This document shows positions 13,730 to 27,435 of a DNA stretch of 64,000 nt, one piece after another (positions within the stretch are counted from its first letter, which is position 1; every line of letters starts with the position of its first letter). Under the pieces are notes generated by a model. It saw nothing but the letters and a program-made list of their open reading frames with translations. It was not told the DNA's origin and searched no databases. Source of the DNA: Camelus dromedarius (Eukaryota); contig NC_087436.1 in assembly GCF_036321535.1 (NCBI RefSeq), forward strand, positions 29,328,001 through 29,392,000. The letters run 5' to 3'. The position numbers and the translations under genes are program-made.

Positions 13730-14640
13730 ATATTTTGTTTCTCAGTTCCTTCATAACTGCCTTATTTTGTGTTAAGTAGCTGTTTCCTAGGGTACCTTTT
13801 CTATTCTCTGGTCATTTTTTGTACTACATATTTTGAATTCATTTCTTAGTGGTTTCCCCAGGGATTACAAAAACTATTTGATATATAATAATCTAGCTTA
13901 TACTAATACTAATTACAATAACATAAAAATATTTGTGTCCACATAACTCCACTTATGCTGTTAAATACACAAATTACTTCTTTATGTGTTGTGTGCCCAT
14001 TAACATATATTTACAAACATTTTTAATGTAGTTTCCTTTAAAAAAAAAAAAGAAAAAAAAAGAAGAGCTACAAACGAAAAAATACAGTTGTACTATTTTT
14101 TATTTTTACCTATGTAGTTACCTTTACCTTTACTAGAGTTCCTTATGTTTTCATGTGGTTTCAAGTTTCTGCCTAGTTTCTTAGCATTTTTTATATATAC
14201 ACTGGCAATGAAAGTATCAGTTTGTTTTTTAATCTCAGACTGTCTTACTTCCTCCCCCATCTCTGGAAGATCATTTTTACAAATATAGAATTTATGTCTC
14301 ACAGATTTTTCTTTTCTTTAAGCAGTCTGAATATGTCGTCCCCTTGCCTACTGGCCTGCAGTACTGGGAACATAGGCTGTTACTTTCAAGGCTACCGCTG
14401 AGCCAAGGAGGAGAGCGTGGATCTAGGGTAAGCTGAAACACAACGAACCTCATTGTTCTTAATGAGATTTCCATGTTTGTTTGTTTGTTTGTTTTTCTTT
14501 CCTGAGGAAGTGCTCCCCACAAGTTTTTGATTAGTTTCCAGGGCTCTGATGATGTTGCTTCTGACAGTTTTGCCAATTTTTTTTTTTTTTAGTTAATTTT
14601 GTGTATGGGCTGGCTTTTAGAGTTTCTCATACAAAAATAG
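13730..14640 (-). mobile_element. Old L1M (L1MC/MD-like) 5'UTR-ORF1 fragments
   Basis: Reverse-strand L1 ORF1-type text (ttagcattttttatat...aatctcagactgtcttacttcctccc...gaagatcatttttacaaatatagaatt) and an L1M 5'-end block (ttagtttccagggctctga...tgacagttttgcca). Confidence 0.7.
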
Positions 14641-16600
14641 GGACATCACTGACATCACACTATGCACTTGTAAAAGAAACATTAATGATGAAAGCTGTAG
14701 GGGATTATTTTATTATTATTTCTACCGTTTTTTTCCCACACAATAACAATCTTAGTGAAATTACACAGAGCATCTTAACTGTTCTTGAAATAAGTTATTT
14801 TTATTTATGATTGAGCATTCAGATATTTGGCTTCTGTCATGGTTTATGCGCTAAACTCACTTTTTTTCCTGTCTTTTCTTTTAACTTGGCTCAGTTTATT
14901 TTCAAACTGGTTTTGGAACAGACACGGGTCTGTCATATTAGACTGAAAATTATGCTTGTGATAACCATACCAAGATCCTAAAAGACAGGCTGGTGTTATT
15001 GGCAGCCATGTACTGTCTATATACGAATGGTGCCACTCGAAGTAACTCTGAGCCCAATTTTGAGAAATTGTATAAAATTGTTGATAAAATTATGAGAAGT
15101 TATGTGTATAGAAATAACACATTTTCATCAAGAAACCACTCTTACAAGTATTAGGTGTCTAAGAGAACTCAATTCATGCCACATTATTTTTATTTTATGT
15201 TTCAATTTTTTAAGTTTTATGTTTTGAAAATAATTAAACGTGATGTGTTTTTTATCTGTATTGTGTAGAGTTCCAGGAATAATGAATCATCATATATTTA
15301 ACACAAGGCAAATATAATGACTCTTTGAACTTTTAATAAAATATCCAGAAGTTATAAGAAACATTTTAAAGATTATTTTTTGAAGGTGACTTATCAGCTT
15401 TATAAAATGTATTGCTTCCCTATCATCATCATTGTTATATTCACTGTATTTATCACCATCATAAACTACATATATAATAATTATGGTTTCACTCTGTATT
15501 CTTTTTAGTCTGTTTGTTTTCCTAAAATCCTTTTGCCAGTGGCAAGGAAATCAGTAATTTGGTTATTATTTCAAATCAAGATTTTAAAATGCAAAATACT
15601 TGCTTAGAGTTATATTACTAAAAAACTGTAGAGACAACACTAGAAATTTGTTTTCTCAAACCTTTGTCTAAGATTTAGTTTAATGCAGGATCCAGCACTG
15701 ACATTCCTACATTTTGTATTGCACTGCAAAACGGTGCATAGAAACATCAATTCACAGACTGAATTATACAGAAAAGGAGGGAAGAATTATTTAGTGATTA
15801 GAATATGAACAGTCTATAGAATGCATGGACTATTCTTAGCAAAACGTGGATTTTTAGGAACTTATCTAATCTCATTCTGTTGCCAATACTTTCAACTGTG
15901 AAATGGATGTACCTAACTGTGAAAAAAACTCCCTGAGAACAGTATTTTCCCATTTATTTTTAATTGCCTTGAGACACTGACAAGATGCACTATAGAATGA
16001 GTGGTATTATCTTCTCAAGAGATGTTATCACACCTTCTTAAACACTGAAACTTCGCAGTTTACGACTACTATGTAGATGAGGGGTTTATTGCTTTGCTGA
16101 TGATGAAAGTCATTATATTCAATAAAAATAGATGGAGATCTTAAAAATTTTTCAAGAATACTACAAGGAGGAATAGTATTATAATAAATTAAAAACACAT
16201 TCTTATTCTTTATGTACACTTTCTACTAATATATTATTTAACATAGCCCTGAGATTGTTGAGAGCATTTAAGGGAAATACATATAATGAAAACATTAGTT
16301 ATATTTCTTCTTTATATTTTTAACGGTAGTAAATATTTCCTGATTCAGATCAGAAAATTGATTAAATCAAAAATCAAATTGCTTGGAGAAGAAAAATATC
16401 CAAAGGTAATTTAAACGAGAGCTTCATCGGGGAAGGGATTGTCTACTGACTGTTTGTTTAGGTTGACACACTGCTATTCACACACCTTTCTACTGAAAAG
16501 TAGCAGAATTAGCTGCGTTGTCAGTGGAAAAACAGCTGCCAAGTTTTAACGTATTCTATGAAAAGGGAAAAAAAAGCAAGCTGCCCTAGTGAAAAGAAAT

Positions 16601-16839
16601 CTTATCACATTTATTGCCTTAAAAGGATAGATAAGAGTAAAGGTCTATTTTCTCTGTTCACAGATAAGTGCACTTCTGATGATGCAGGATGAAAACTCTA
16701 CAATTTGATAACACTAACTACCATATATGGTAATTCCTATAGGTTTCTGGCACTTGCTTTGCTAATATAAAAAGTTGCTGGGATATCAGAGAAGTTTCTG
16801 ATCCAGCACAAAACAGTAACTGTGTTTGCTGACTTATCA
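16601..16839. promoter_or_regulatory. GATA motif cluster (candidate enhancer)
   Basis: Five WGATAA sites at 16601-16607, 16629-16635, 16662-16668, 16706-16711 and 16833-16839; E-box CAGCTG at ~16533. Confidence 0.4.
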
Positions 16840-16842
16840 AAA

Positions 16843-17055
16843 AGCAGCGTTGCGCGGCGGTTACCCGTGCGGGGTGCCCGGGCTTGGATTTGAGGTCTGC
16901 CACCCACTAGTTGTGTACAGCCTGAGGGCAATTGTAATAACATCTGTGCCTCAGTTTCTTTATTTGTATAACGAGAAAATAGCTTATTTTCTAGGATTGT
17001 TATACAACTTAAGTTAGTTAGTGCATGCAAATTGCTTAGAACAATGTCCGTAAGT
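16843..17055 (+). mobile_element. MIR SINE with CpG-rich head
   Basis: MIR core 'tctgccacccactagttgtgt...catctgtgcctcagtttctttatttgta' and tail 'gcttagaacaatgtc'. Confidence 0.85.
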
Positions 17056-17929
17056 CCGGATAGTTACCCGAAGTCCTGTAGACTACGGTAGCTTGAGCTT
17101 GTCTTTTACTTCTTTTATGTATGGAATTTTTATTTCACCAAACTCTTAAGTCTTACCATATGGCTTTTAGTCAGAATCAGCTTTTATGTAAAAAAAATAG
17201 ATGGCTACGTTAAGGATTTAATGTCCAGGAAACCTGCAGGTCCCAAATACCCAACATCTAACAACTCTTCCTTCAGAGGAAATAGTATTAGTTGGAGAAA
17301 AACTTCTGTCAGTTTTCTAATTCATAAAATTCAGTATAAGATACTCATTTCTTTTTTTAAAAAAAAGTTTTTCTTCTCTGATAAAATGCAAATATTTCAA
17401 GAAGATATAATTTATTGAGTTAGTCAAGCATGCTTTACTATAAATAAATATATCACCTCCTGATTTGTACCAGAATTTGTTTATTGGTTTATTTATTGTA
17501 TTCAGAGAGATATTATTCTCCTTTTTCTTCTTTTCCTTTCCCTTACGTTGATAAACAATGAAGTCCTAAAAACCACTAGATTTCGGACAACATAAGGTTG
17601 CCTCATGTCTGGCAGTGGACAGGGAGAATTGTGTTGCCCAGAGTAGAGTATCGGAGCCCTAGCAGGATAAGGAAGGCATCCACTTAACTATTCAGGGAGA
17701 TGAGGCAGCGTGTTGGCAATTTACTGTCAAATAGTAATGATTTAATTTGGTTATTCATGGGAGGTTATGGAATAAGAGTGACAAAATATGAAAAGTGAAG
17801 AGATGAGTCAGAAAACAAATTCTAAGATTTTGTTAACTTATATACTGTTGCCTATCTTTCCATTCCTTTATTTCACGTAACTTGGACTTCTGTATCCTGT
17901 AGGTTGACTGCTTCATAAGCAATATGTAT

Positions 17930-18085
17930 ATACAATTCATAGATTACATTGTCTAATGTCACCCTCTCAAATAGTCAAAAGATCAATATTATTTTCCAAA
18001 GATTAAAAAAAAATTCAAACTCAGAAAGATGGGGAAATGTCAGAAAAGACTGATGTCTGACCTGAGCACTTTCTGTCATCCCATT
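17930..18085 (-). mobile_element. MIR fragment
   Basis: Degenerate reverse MIR core (tattattttcca...aaactcagaaagatggggaaatgtc). Confidence 0.4.
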
Positions 18086-18234
18086 TAGCTTTATGTCACT
18101 ATTTAAATCACCAATATATAGTAAGGGGGCATGAAGAGTTAAATAATACATGATGATATGATGAAAGACATTACTTAAGTAATCGCTTCAGTATGTCACA
18201 TTACTGGCCTATTTAAGATAAAGGAATGATATTA

Positions 18235-18465
18235 TTGAATTTGTGATCTGTAGTAAAACTATCTGAATTTACACCTCAATTCTAATATTTTATCATTGAA
18301 CAATTTGGGACTATCGATTTAAACTTTTTAAGAGTCAGTTTTCACATCCATAAAAGAAAAATAATAGTAGTATTTCATTCATAGGATTGTGTCAAGAATC
18401 AAATAAGTTAATACAGTTAACAAATTTAGCTCAAGACCCAGCAAATGGTATATGCTGAATAAATA
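18235..18465 (+). mobile_element. MIR SINE
   Basis: 'tcagttttcacatccataaaa...ataatagtagta...cataggattgtgtcaagaatcaaataagttaata' and tail 'atgctgaataaatat'. Confidence 0.75.
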
Positions 18466-21056
18466 TAGAAATTAATATCATTATGAATGTTGTAATTAAG
18501 ATAGACATTTATATATAATAATTGTTGGTGTACTTCTAGGTCTTATTGCTGAGAAATTATGAAAGTGAGTTATTCCAAATGAGAAACACCGTGAGGCAAT
18601 TAATAAGTAGACTGATACAAAGGGGAAATTTGCTAAAGTAATTATACACATGCCTCTGCATAAATGAGAACAGAATGAATAACATAATCAAATTTTAAGA
18701 TTAATTTGTAATTTAGATGGTCTAGATTTCAATTACTTAAACTTTTATTGTATTTCAAGAGCAGAAATAAGAATTTGAATGTAGTACATTCATAAATTTT
18801 CAATAAAATTCTATAGATGCAGCCTTCTAATCATTACTGAGAATTCTTTCATAGTAAGACTTTATAGAAGTATTGTTGTATCAGTAATTTTTCATACTTT
18901 TAAAGATTCTTTAATATTTTAACTTTAGAGTTACTGACATGGTGACTTAAGAAACAGTAAAAGCACATAAAAAATTACCCTCTGCAGGAAGCTCCATCAC
19001 TAGGATTTGAGCTCATCAAAACAACACGAGCTCCATGTCTGAAGCTGAGGTCGAGTCTTTCAGAACTGAGATTTCTCTTTTTCTTGGCAAGTGTAATTCA
19101 CTCTCTGGGAAAATCATGGCCAGAAAGTCTCATAATAAAAGACTCTACAGGCTTTCTGGACATCAGAAAGCTCTTAGACAAAGAGCACGTTTACTTGTTA
19201 AATGTGAATAAATTGAAGGCTTTCCCTTGGCATATAAAAGCTGTTACAAATAAAAAAGTATTATATTGTTTTTCAGAATTTTGATAAGCAAAAGCAGTTG
19301 CTATATATAAATGCACATGTATATACAATCAGCAAAAATGGTGGTGGCCCCATGGAATAAATGGTATGCATAGCCTACCCAAAATAAGGCATCAGTTAAT
19401 TGGTTTATATGAACAGTCCAACTCCAAAAACAACGATTTGGAAATACGAGAGTTAGGATACCACACTTAAATGTGATGAGAGTTTGAGGTACATCTGATA
19501 GAGAAAAGGCCATTGAAAGAGAAGTCAATCCAGATTTATCCAAAGATGCTGTGACAATGGGGTGAGGGATCGCGATGTATTTTTCTATGGCGGTATCATG
19601 GCAACCAGAAACCAGATCAAAAAGGAGGGAAGACTGAGATGCACGTTTTTGTTCTTTTTGTAAAATTCTTTGATGTCACACTATAGGAAACATTGTTACT
19701 CTATGGGACTGCAGAATGAAAAGTGGGGTTCAGTTAAGGTCTTATAGGAATCTGTGCAACCCCTCTGAACCTTAATTTTCTCTACTTAGGTGCTAAGTAG
19801 AACCCTAGCACTTATCTAGTTATGAAAGGAATAGTTCACTTCCTTTCTGGCTCAAGACTATATGTTTTATCTTTCCCAAATTTGTCCTTACTGGGTCTTT
19901 TACTCTTAATTGTGTCATGGCATATTTTGTAACCAGTTAAAGAATTATTAGACATCTTTGAACAGAGTGGAGTAGACACTCCTAGTCAGAGGCCAAAGAT
20001 CAAGCTATAATTTTAGAAATAACAAGGAAAAGAGGACATAGGAAATTTAATTTTTATTTCTGTTACTTCCATTACATTACCCTGCTAGACGCTAGTGATC
20101 CATTATAGTATGCAATTTTAATACTCAAAACAAACTAAATACATAGAACACATTGATAATATAAAATATTTTATAATTATTCTTAAAAAAGACTCAGATG
20201 ATATATTTATATGATGTATAGATAGATTTAAAGATACTAACTGAAAAACTAAGATGAATACCAAGTTGTTGAAATTTATTTTAAAATTGTTATAAAAACA
20301 CTAGTCATTTTAATAGAAAAATTAAATCTCATATTTTGAAGTTATCTACCATAGTTACCATTTATTTTATTTATTTAAAAAAAAAAATCAGCCATACTCA
20401 CAATTTGCTGGAAATAAGATCACTTTACTTTGACTTTCTTTTCTTTCCTTTTTTTTTTTTAAGATTGAAACATAGTAGCAAAAAGATTTCAGTAGTTTAG
20501 GAAAAATTCTCTTCTGGAAAATAAACACAGAATATACAAACATACATTAAATGTAGCATGAATATTTATTTCAATCTGGAGAATTTTAGTGCTATTTTTA
20601 TATATTAATAATATACATAATGTATTTTCAGACATTACGTTTTAAAACATTTTATACTTTGTGATATTTTAAACACTATAATGTGGGGGCAAGTGTATTT
20701 TGTGACCATCGTGATAAACAACATTGATTTTTCAAATATAATTATCTATGGACCAACAAATTCTTTCAGGACTGAAAAATAAAAATATGACCTAGTATAT
20801 TTACTCATATTCTTCCCCCGGCACTTTCCTTTAATATATTACCAAAAAATAAAGGGATAAAGTAGAAATTGTTCATGCTTTTAGGTTTGACACTTTGCAT
20901 GTAGATTATCCTTAATTTTTGTGCATTTAAATCGATTTTATTAGCCATAGGTAGAAACTGAGACCAAGTAAATGGGACTTGATCCCCACCCAACACTTTG
21001 GAAACAATGTAGGTTTTTTAGTTTCCAAAACTCTTAAATGAGACTCTATATATTTT

Positions 21057-21629
21057 TGAAAACACCTCACCAAAACCACAAAGCTGAGGACAGAGCAAAA
21101 TCCCAGCCCCTGTCAGGCCTGACTGGCTGAGCAGCCACCAGAATCACTCTCCACACCCCACTGGCTTCCAAACCTGAAGGTCAAAGGGAAATGAGACTCT
21201 AGCTGAAATCAGAGTAACCTGACTGTTTATACCATCTAGAGGTCACTGAGATGTGTTAGGCTGACAAACAGCTAAATATGTCAAGACATTTCCTTAGTCT
21301 CAACACAGATTTCAAGCCCTCACTCTTTACTCTGATCGTCTCCAATTACTTTCTTCTGCCTTTTTCTCTGGCCAAAATCTTTAGCATCCCATTCTCTCAT
21401 ACAGGCCCTCCTTATTCACGAAGCATGAACTCCCCTACATCTCTAACTTTTCCCTGTTCAAAATGAATAAATTTCACTAAGGACTTTGTTTCCCCAAGAG
21501 TTTCCACAGAAGGAAGCTGCCCTTTGACCACACCAAAAATAGCTCAGGTTTACCACACAAACGTATCTGAGGTTCTGCCGATCAGTCCTTTGTCATCCAG
21601 TCACCCTGAGCACATGATTATATGATACA
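21057..21629 (+). mobile_element. Ancient ERV (ERVL-type) LTR-like element
   Basis: GC-richer block with TG...CA ends, AATAAA at ~21466 and an LTR-like U5 end (cagtcaccctgagcacatgattatatgataca). Subfamily not determined. Confidence 0.5.
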
Positions 21630-21649
21630 CGTGTCAGATTCAGGGGAAA

Positions 21650-22120
21650 TATAAATTGAGAATTGTTAGGGTATAGATAGCATTTAAAACCAGTAGACTG
21701 AATTAGATCACTAAAGGAGTGAGTATTGAAATAAAATAGAGTTTCAAGCAGTGAGCACTAGGTGACTCCAAGGATAAAAATGAGAGCTATCAAAAGAAAG
21801 CTGAGACAGAAGGGATGTAAAGGTAAGAAGAAAACTTAAACTGTGTTGTTTTGGAAGCAAAGTGAAGAAAATGATTAAGAAGGAGGGAGGAGTGACTGTG
21901 CTAATGCCACTAACTCGTTAGTGTGATTGAGACTCACATGCCCATCAGATTTAACACGATGGAGGTCCCATGGCCTTGATGAAAGCTTTTGTGGTGGGGG
22001 ATGGGGAAATCCTGAAGGGAGTAAATTGTAAGACAGATTGGAGGAGAGGAATTAGAGACAGTGGATGTAGGCAACTCCTTTGAGAGGTTTTGCTGAAAAG
22101 AAGCAAAGAAATATGATGGC
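21650..22120 (-). mobile_element. LINE-2 RT-region fragment
   Basis: Minus-strand translation IIFLCFFSAKPLKGVAYIHCL resembles the L2 RT motif PISLLPFxAKLLERVVYxxCL. Confidence 0.8.
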
Positions 22121-22132
22121 ACCTATTAAAAC

Positions 22133-22538
22133 TGAGGCTGTCTCTATGGCCATGATAACAAGTATCCACCAGAACTGACTTTGAACCAGTCTGAGTGATC
22201 TAGGACGCCTTGCCTCTGAAGGGGATTTGCAAGCCATTTGAGCTGTAATATCCCACTGTCTCTGAATGTCCTCCAATCAAGACTGTATCTCTCCAATAAA
22301 CTTGCCTCTATATGACAACCAATCAAGAACAGTCTCATCCAACTTAAACTTCTCCAGATGATACCCAGTTGCTCATATTCCAGAAAATTCATCAAATCTT
22401 GACCACCAATAGCCATATAATAAACTCAGCAATCTTCCCACTCAAAGACTGTGCCTTGTGAGCATAACTCTTTATTGCTACAGTAAACAATAAATTAGCC
22501 TTGTAATTTTCTATTTCACACACTGAATGGTGACCTCA
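22133..22538 (+). mobile_element. Solo LTR (ERV1-like)
   Basis: Inverted ends TGAGG...CCTCA; CCAAT boxes, a TATA-like tataa and AATAAA (~22488) in LTR order. No clear TSD. Confidence 0.5.
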
Positions 22539-22731
22539 GCATCTTCTGATACTACTCTTCCTGCCCCAGTACATCTCTGTACTCTTAATTCACAGCCAAT
22601 ATGCTTGGGAAGAAGTTCTCCACCCTTGATGTTTCTATGTTCTCACATTCTCTTCCCTCTAGTGCTCTATCGTGTACTAGGTTTTGTTTCCAGCTACACC
22701 ATTTTCAATTAAATTGATCTTGTTTTTCATT

Positions 22732-23012
22732 AAGTGTTTTTCAAACTGGGTTAGGGAGAACCCCTGGGGTTCAGAAGTCTTTCCAAGGACTTTATCCCAG
22801 CATGAAGAGCTTTGAGGGAATCCATTTTTAAATCTTCAGCTTCTATTTGTACTTACCCTTTCCTACATCGCTCTGCTTGAGCAAGCCCTCAGGAGTAACC
22901 CTATCTCCACCTTATTAAATAAAGCGTTACCTCTCACTCTGCTTGAGATTTAATTTGGTGCATTTCTCAAGAGGTAAAACCTTCAAACAAAGGGACAGTT
23001 TTAAAGATCAGT
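22732..23012. mobile_element. Non-autonomous hAT-Charlie MER-type element
   Basis: Degenerate Charlie-type TIRs: aagtgtttttcaaact... and ...ttttaaagatcagtg. Confidence 0.45.
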
Positions 23013-24329
23013 GTTTTAGAAGCTTACCCTTCAAAGCCAACATAAAAACTACTGTGAGGCATGAATCATTCCCTGTGTTATACCTACAACTGTTAAAAGG
23101 GAAGCTTGACTTTACAGATGGGCGATCTTGACCTCTGTTTGCATATTCTGACACACACATACACACACACCATAGAGTGAGGGAGCAGGAGCAAGTTGCC
23201 TTTTCCAACCTCCAATATTGCAACAGATTTCAGTGTCTCCTAAGGGGAATCCTGAAGTAGTACGTGAAGGGAAGAAATCTTGATAATGGCTTTCCCTCAT
23301 CAACTACCTCTCTTCACTTATTTATTCCATTCATTATTTACTAAAATAGCCCTAACAGAGTATGTTCTTCTATGGTAACTAATACATCAAACAAGGATCA
23401 TTAAAATGACTTCTATTAAACCTACAGTTATCAGAAGCCTTGTACTTTTTGTTCTTTGGTGCCTGAATTTTTGCTGACCAATGTCATTCTAGTAACAAGT
23501 AAAATTTCTTTGTGGCTATATTAAATGACTGAAAGACAGCAATCCCATCAAGACCATTTACTGATGTATTTCCCATGTAATTTTATCCATGGACTTATTA
23601 TTTTAATCAGCCTGTAATTTGGTTATATTTTCATTAGCTTGTAATAACAATATCCATAATGATAATTCAGTTCTGAAGATGTTTTACTACTTAGAAGTTT
23701 ACAGACCAAGGAAAAATTTTAAATATATTAAATTTCAATTTTAATACTTTTTAATAAAGTAGTGTGACAAGAGTGGTCAAAAAATGATAAACAAAAAATA
23801 TATTATATGCAGGTAAAGTACTATAGGCTAGAAGAATGTAATGAGGAGTTCATGGATAAAAATAAACAATCCAAAATTTTTAACTTGAAAATTTATTCGT
23901 ATGTTTTTCAAAATGATTTATGATGATGATATGAAATCACTATAATGATAGTTTGTTATTTTAATAGATTTTTTAAAAAATTTAAGTTCTCAACAAAATT
24001 GAGCAGAAAGTACAGAGAGTCATCAAATATCTCCATATTATTTTATTATACAATATTTTAAATACTTGTTAAACAAGTTTTTAAAAGAAATGTCAAAATT
24101 TAGAGAGTACTCTGAGTTGTGCATTATAAATACATACACACGCATAAGCACACACACAAACACACATGTCTGTCGTATCTCGGTTACTACATATTCATAT
24201 TTCTGAGTACTTCAATAGGCTTATGATATCCCATTGTAGATTGTTAGCCTCTGGAGTAAAAGTAAATAACCATTGAGTCTCTGTGTCTTAGAACAACTCC
24301 TCTGTGGTTCTGTGGTTGATTTCTAGTTT

Positions 24330-24550
24330 CATGCCATTAACAAATCTTACTTCTGACTCACTTTACATGAAAGCTACAGTCAACTGAAGTTCTGCTCTCA
24401 GCTGTAGGTCACTTGGCATTTAGTGTTCCATGTGTGTCCTTCTTCTGTGATCCAGGCTGAAGGCTGAGTCCCAGAGATACACTGTTCTCACATATGAGCA
24501 GAAGACAGATGTATAAGATGCTAAGCTAAATCACATGTGCTCAAGCCCAA
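24330..24550 (-). mobile_element. MaLR LTR fragment (MLT1I/J-like)
   Basis: 'gatccaggctgaagg...ctgttctcacat...aaatcacatg'. Confidence 0.45.
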
Positions 24551-24579
24551 CGATGGGGCATATATGAATTATTCTAACC

Positions 24580-24960
24580 ATTTCTCTATTATCACACACT
24601 TAAGTTGTTTTGAGTTTTGTCCTCTCTCTCTCTTTATTTCATTTTTTTTCTTTTTATCAATACAGACTGCAGTAAACATCTTTAAATATAGCTCTCATGG
24701 AGATATGTTTAATTCCAAATAGATTCTTAAGAGCATTATTACCAGGTCAAAGCTTTTGGGTAGCAGAAAATGGAATAGAAAACTTTCAAATTTCAAAAAG
24801 GCTATAGAAATTCTAGTCTTTCATGTTGTCAGTCTCATCAAAGAGAATTTTCTTGTTTCTACGTTTCCTTATTTCTTAATTGCTTGCCTGTATGCCCTTT
24901 GCTTATGTTTCCAAGATTTCTTTCTTAATGATTTGTAAGGACTGTAAAAGTTGACACTTA
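24580..24960 (-). mobile_element. L1ME-like ORF2/3' fragment
   Basis: 'gactgcagtaaacatcttt...atagattcttaagagca...ggtcaaag' typical of old L1 on the reverse strand. Confidence 0.5.
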
Positions 24961-27249
24961 TAAGTAATAAGATTAAACATTTACCATCTGCCATGCATAA
25001 TAGTGACATACAATTTCAAACAAAGCTATAAGTTATGTATATGTGAATTATTATCCTCATTCTCAAATGAGAAACCTGACAGGCTAATTAACTTGTATAT
25101 ATCACAAAACAAATAAATTGGTTCATTACATAAACCTATGCAGCCTATCCTAGAGTCCACTCTAGTTTAGTTTAGCTTTTGCGTAGTTTACACAATTAAA
25201 GGTGGGTGGCCTTGGATAAGACTTGAAGAGAACACATGTTTATGTATAAATTTGACATGATTATTATAAATTAATTGGTAGGACAGTTGCATTGTATACA
25301 TCTAGCTATTGAATAAAAGACAATTAGTTGTTACTATAATTTGACAAAATTTTACTATTTTTGACTCATTGAGGCTTCCAGAAAAATGTGATGATACAAA
25401 AGAATGTGTACAGTTCAGTTTTTTATGTTGACTTTTCTCTATTTATGTCTATAGGTAGAAATCTATTACTTGTATCCTATTTAAACAAGGTGATGTGAAA
25501 ATCAAGTGCCATGATTAATAAGCTCTGACTTTTTTGCCATGAAAGTAAATGATAGGATATGAAATTCTATTGATGTAGAAATTCTTTTGAAATTTATTTC
25601 TGTTGTTAAGTAACTTCCTAATGTAAGTTGTGTTTTTTTAGAAAATAACTATAAAAAATTCTCAATTCTTCATAATGTTGTAAAATTGTTTATTACTTTT
25701 AAACAGTAAGTGATACTTTTTCTGTTTGAGACATTAAAACACTTCTCTGAAGTTGCTAACATAACTCTGAATTACCTTGTGAATAGTTAAAATTGCTTTT
25801 AATCCTTTTAAATTGTTTGATACTTCAAAAATGCATTCCAATGCTCTGTATTTGTATTGTTTTTAATAAGTGCAAGTTTTTCCAGGATTCCTGGATGTTT
25901 TTGATGGTTGTGCTGTTAGATATATATCCTCTGATTAATGCAATCTATGTTTACCCATTTCAAAATGTTTAATTTTTAATCTGCTTTAATGTGAATTATC
26001 TTTCTTGCACTACAAATTTTAACTCTATGGACAATTTTAAAATAGATATAATTTGAGTTTAATAATTTTTAAATGATTGATTATTCTGGCTTTTGAAAAT
26101 TGACCATACCAAAATTTATTCATAAGCATTTTTTTTAATATTACATCAAGACAGCAACAGTTGCTAGTGGATTTTATGTACTTATAAACATGAAAAATGG
26201 AGAATGATGAATGATTAATTTCTTTTATGCTGTTTCTTCCTGCAATTGCTAACTTCCAAAACTATCAGTAAGGCTGCAGTTTGTTGTACAGCTTAAAAGT
26301 CTAGTATCGTTGATAAATCATAATTTGTTTTTGTTGTTTCATAATCTGTCTATTAAATTTCTAAAGCTTCCTTTAAAACAGCACTGTAAAAATCCTATAA
26401 TAATGTTTTAGGTGAATTTAATAAGCAGTGATTTTTTTGGACAGTGTTTACTTTCAAAAAAACCTTGAATACATTTTTAGTGTAGAGCCATTTTTAAAAA
26501 TGCTTTTGTTTGGCAAAAATATAGTGCTTTCAAGATGATTTTGTGCTTACAAAATTACAACATATGTATGGCCATATTTGTTTCTGTGGTATGAGTTTGT
26601 CAACCTGGTCACCAACACTGACTCTGCCAAGGACACTACACAAACCCATGCTCCTTAGTGACACTGAGGACACTCATATATTCTTCCTACCTGGGCCTCT
26701 CAGCTTTTGTCCATATCCAAAATGCATATAGTTTAGTCTCCATCCACATCCTTATTATTTATTTCTTGCAAATTGTATTATTTCAACATATCAAGAATAA
26801 ATATGGTAGGCACTTAACTAAGATAGTAGTGATTAATGGCTTTAAAATTGAATCCCATTTTACTATCATTGACAAAAAAAAATTGTGCCTTAGGTAAAAT
26901 GAATCTAGAGTTTTAAAGATTTTGTGAAGATTAAAATGTAGAAAAAGATACAAGGTAATTCATAAATTGATAATCATTCTAAAATAAGAGAAATCTAGTG
27001 GTTCACAATCTTTACTAGACTGGACTGAAATTATTCATTCATATTTAATAACATACCAACCCAGGAGATAATGTTACTTAGTAAGTATTTTGAAGAAAAT
27101 GTGGAACATGTATTTTTATTTATAGCATGAACATAATTAGTAATATAATAGATGAGAATAAATTTATGAAAGCATAATATTTTGCATAATTTTTCAATAT
27201 ATAAAAAAAGAAAATATTATAAATTTACACTAAAATCACAATCACAAGA

Positions 27250-27435
27250 AGAGCTAACATTTCAAGGCTTACTGTAGTCCCTTCAATTTGTAATGATTAA
27301 GTATTTAATTCTGAAAATAACACACGAGATAGGTATTAATGTCATTCTCTTACAAATGAGGAAATAAAGGCACAAAAAATGCTAAGTAGAAGCTGAAATG
27401 GGGCGATTTTGCTCTAGAACAAACCTCTTCACCAT
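27250..27435 (-). mobile_element. MIR fragment
   Basis: 'gagataggtattaatgtcattctcttacaaatgaggaaataaaggcaca'. Confidence 0.65.

Noticed and set aside
19781..19801. 9-bp-arm palindrome tctacttag-gtg-ctaagtaga
   Set aside because: It is isolated and inside a probable MIR remnant, so chance or a local template switch is sufficient.
23227..23283. Possible terminal exon ISVSPKGNPEVVREGKKS*
   Set aside because: The acceptor is only moderate, the frame is short, and nothing else supports it.
397..23380. Scattered RFX X-box-like motifs (~397, ~5657, ~19595, ~23370)
   Set aside because: They are imperfect, not clustered, and lack promoter context.
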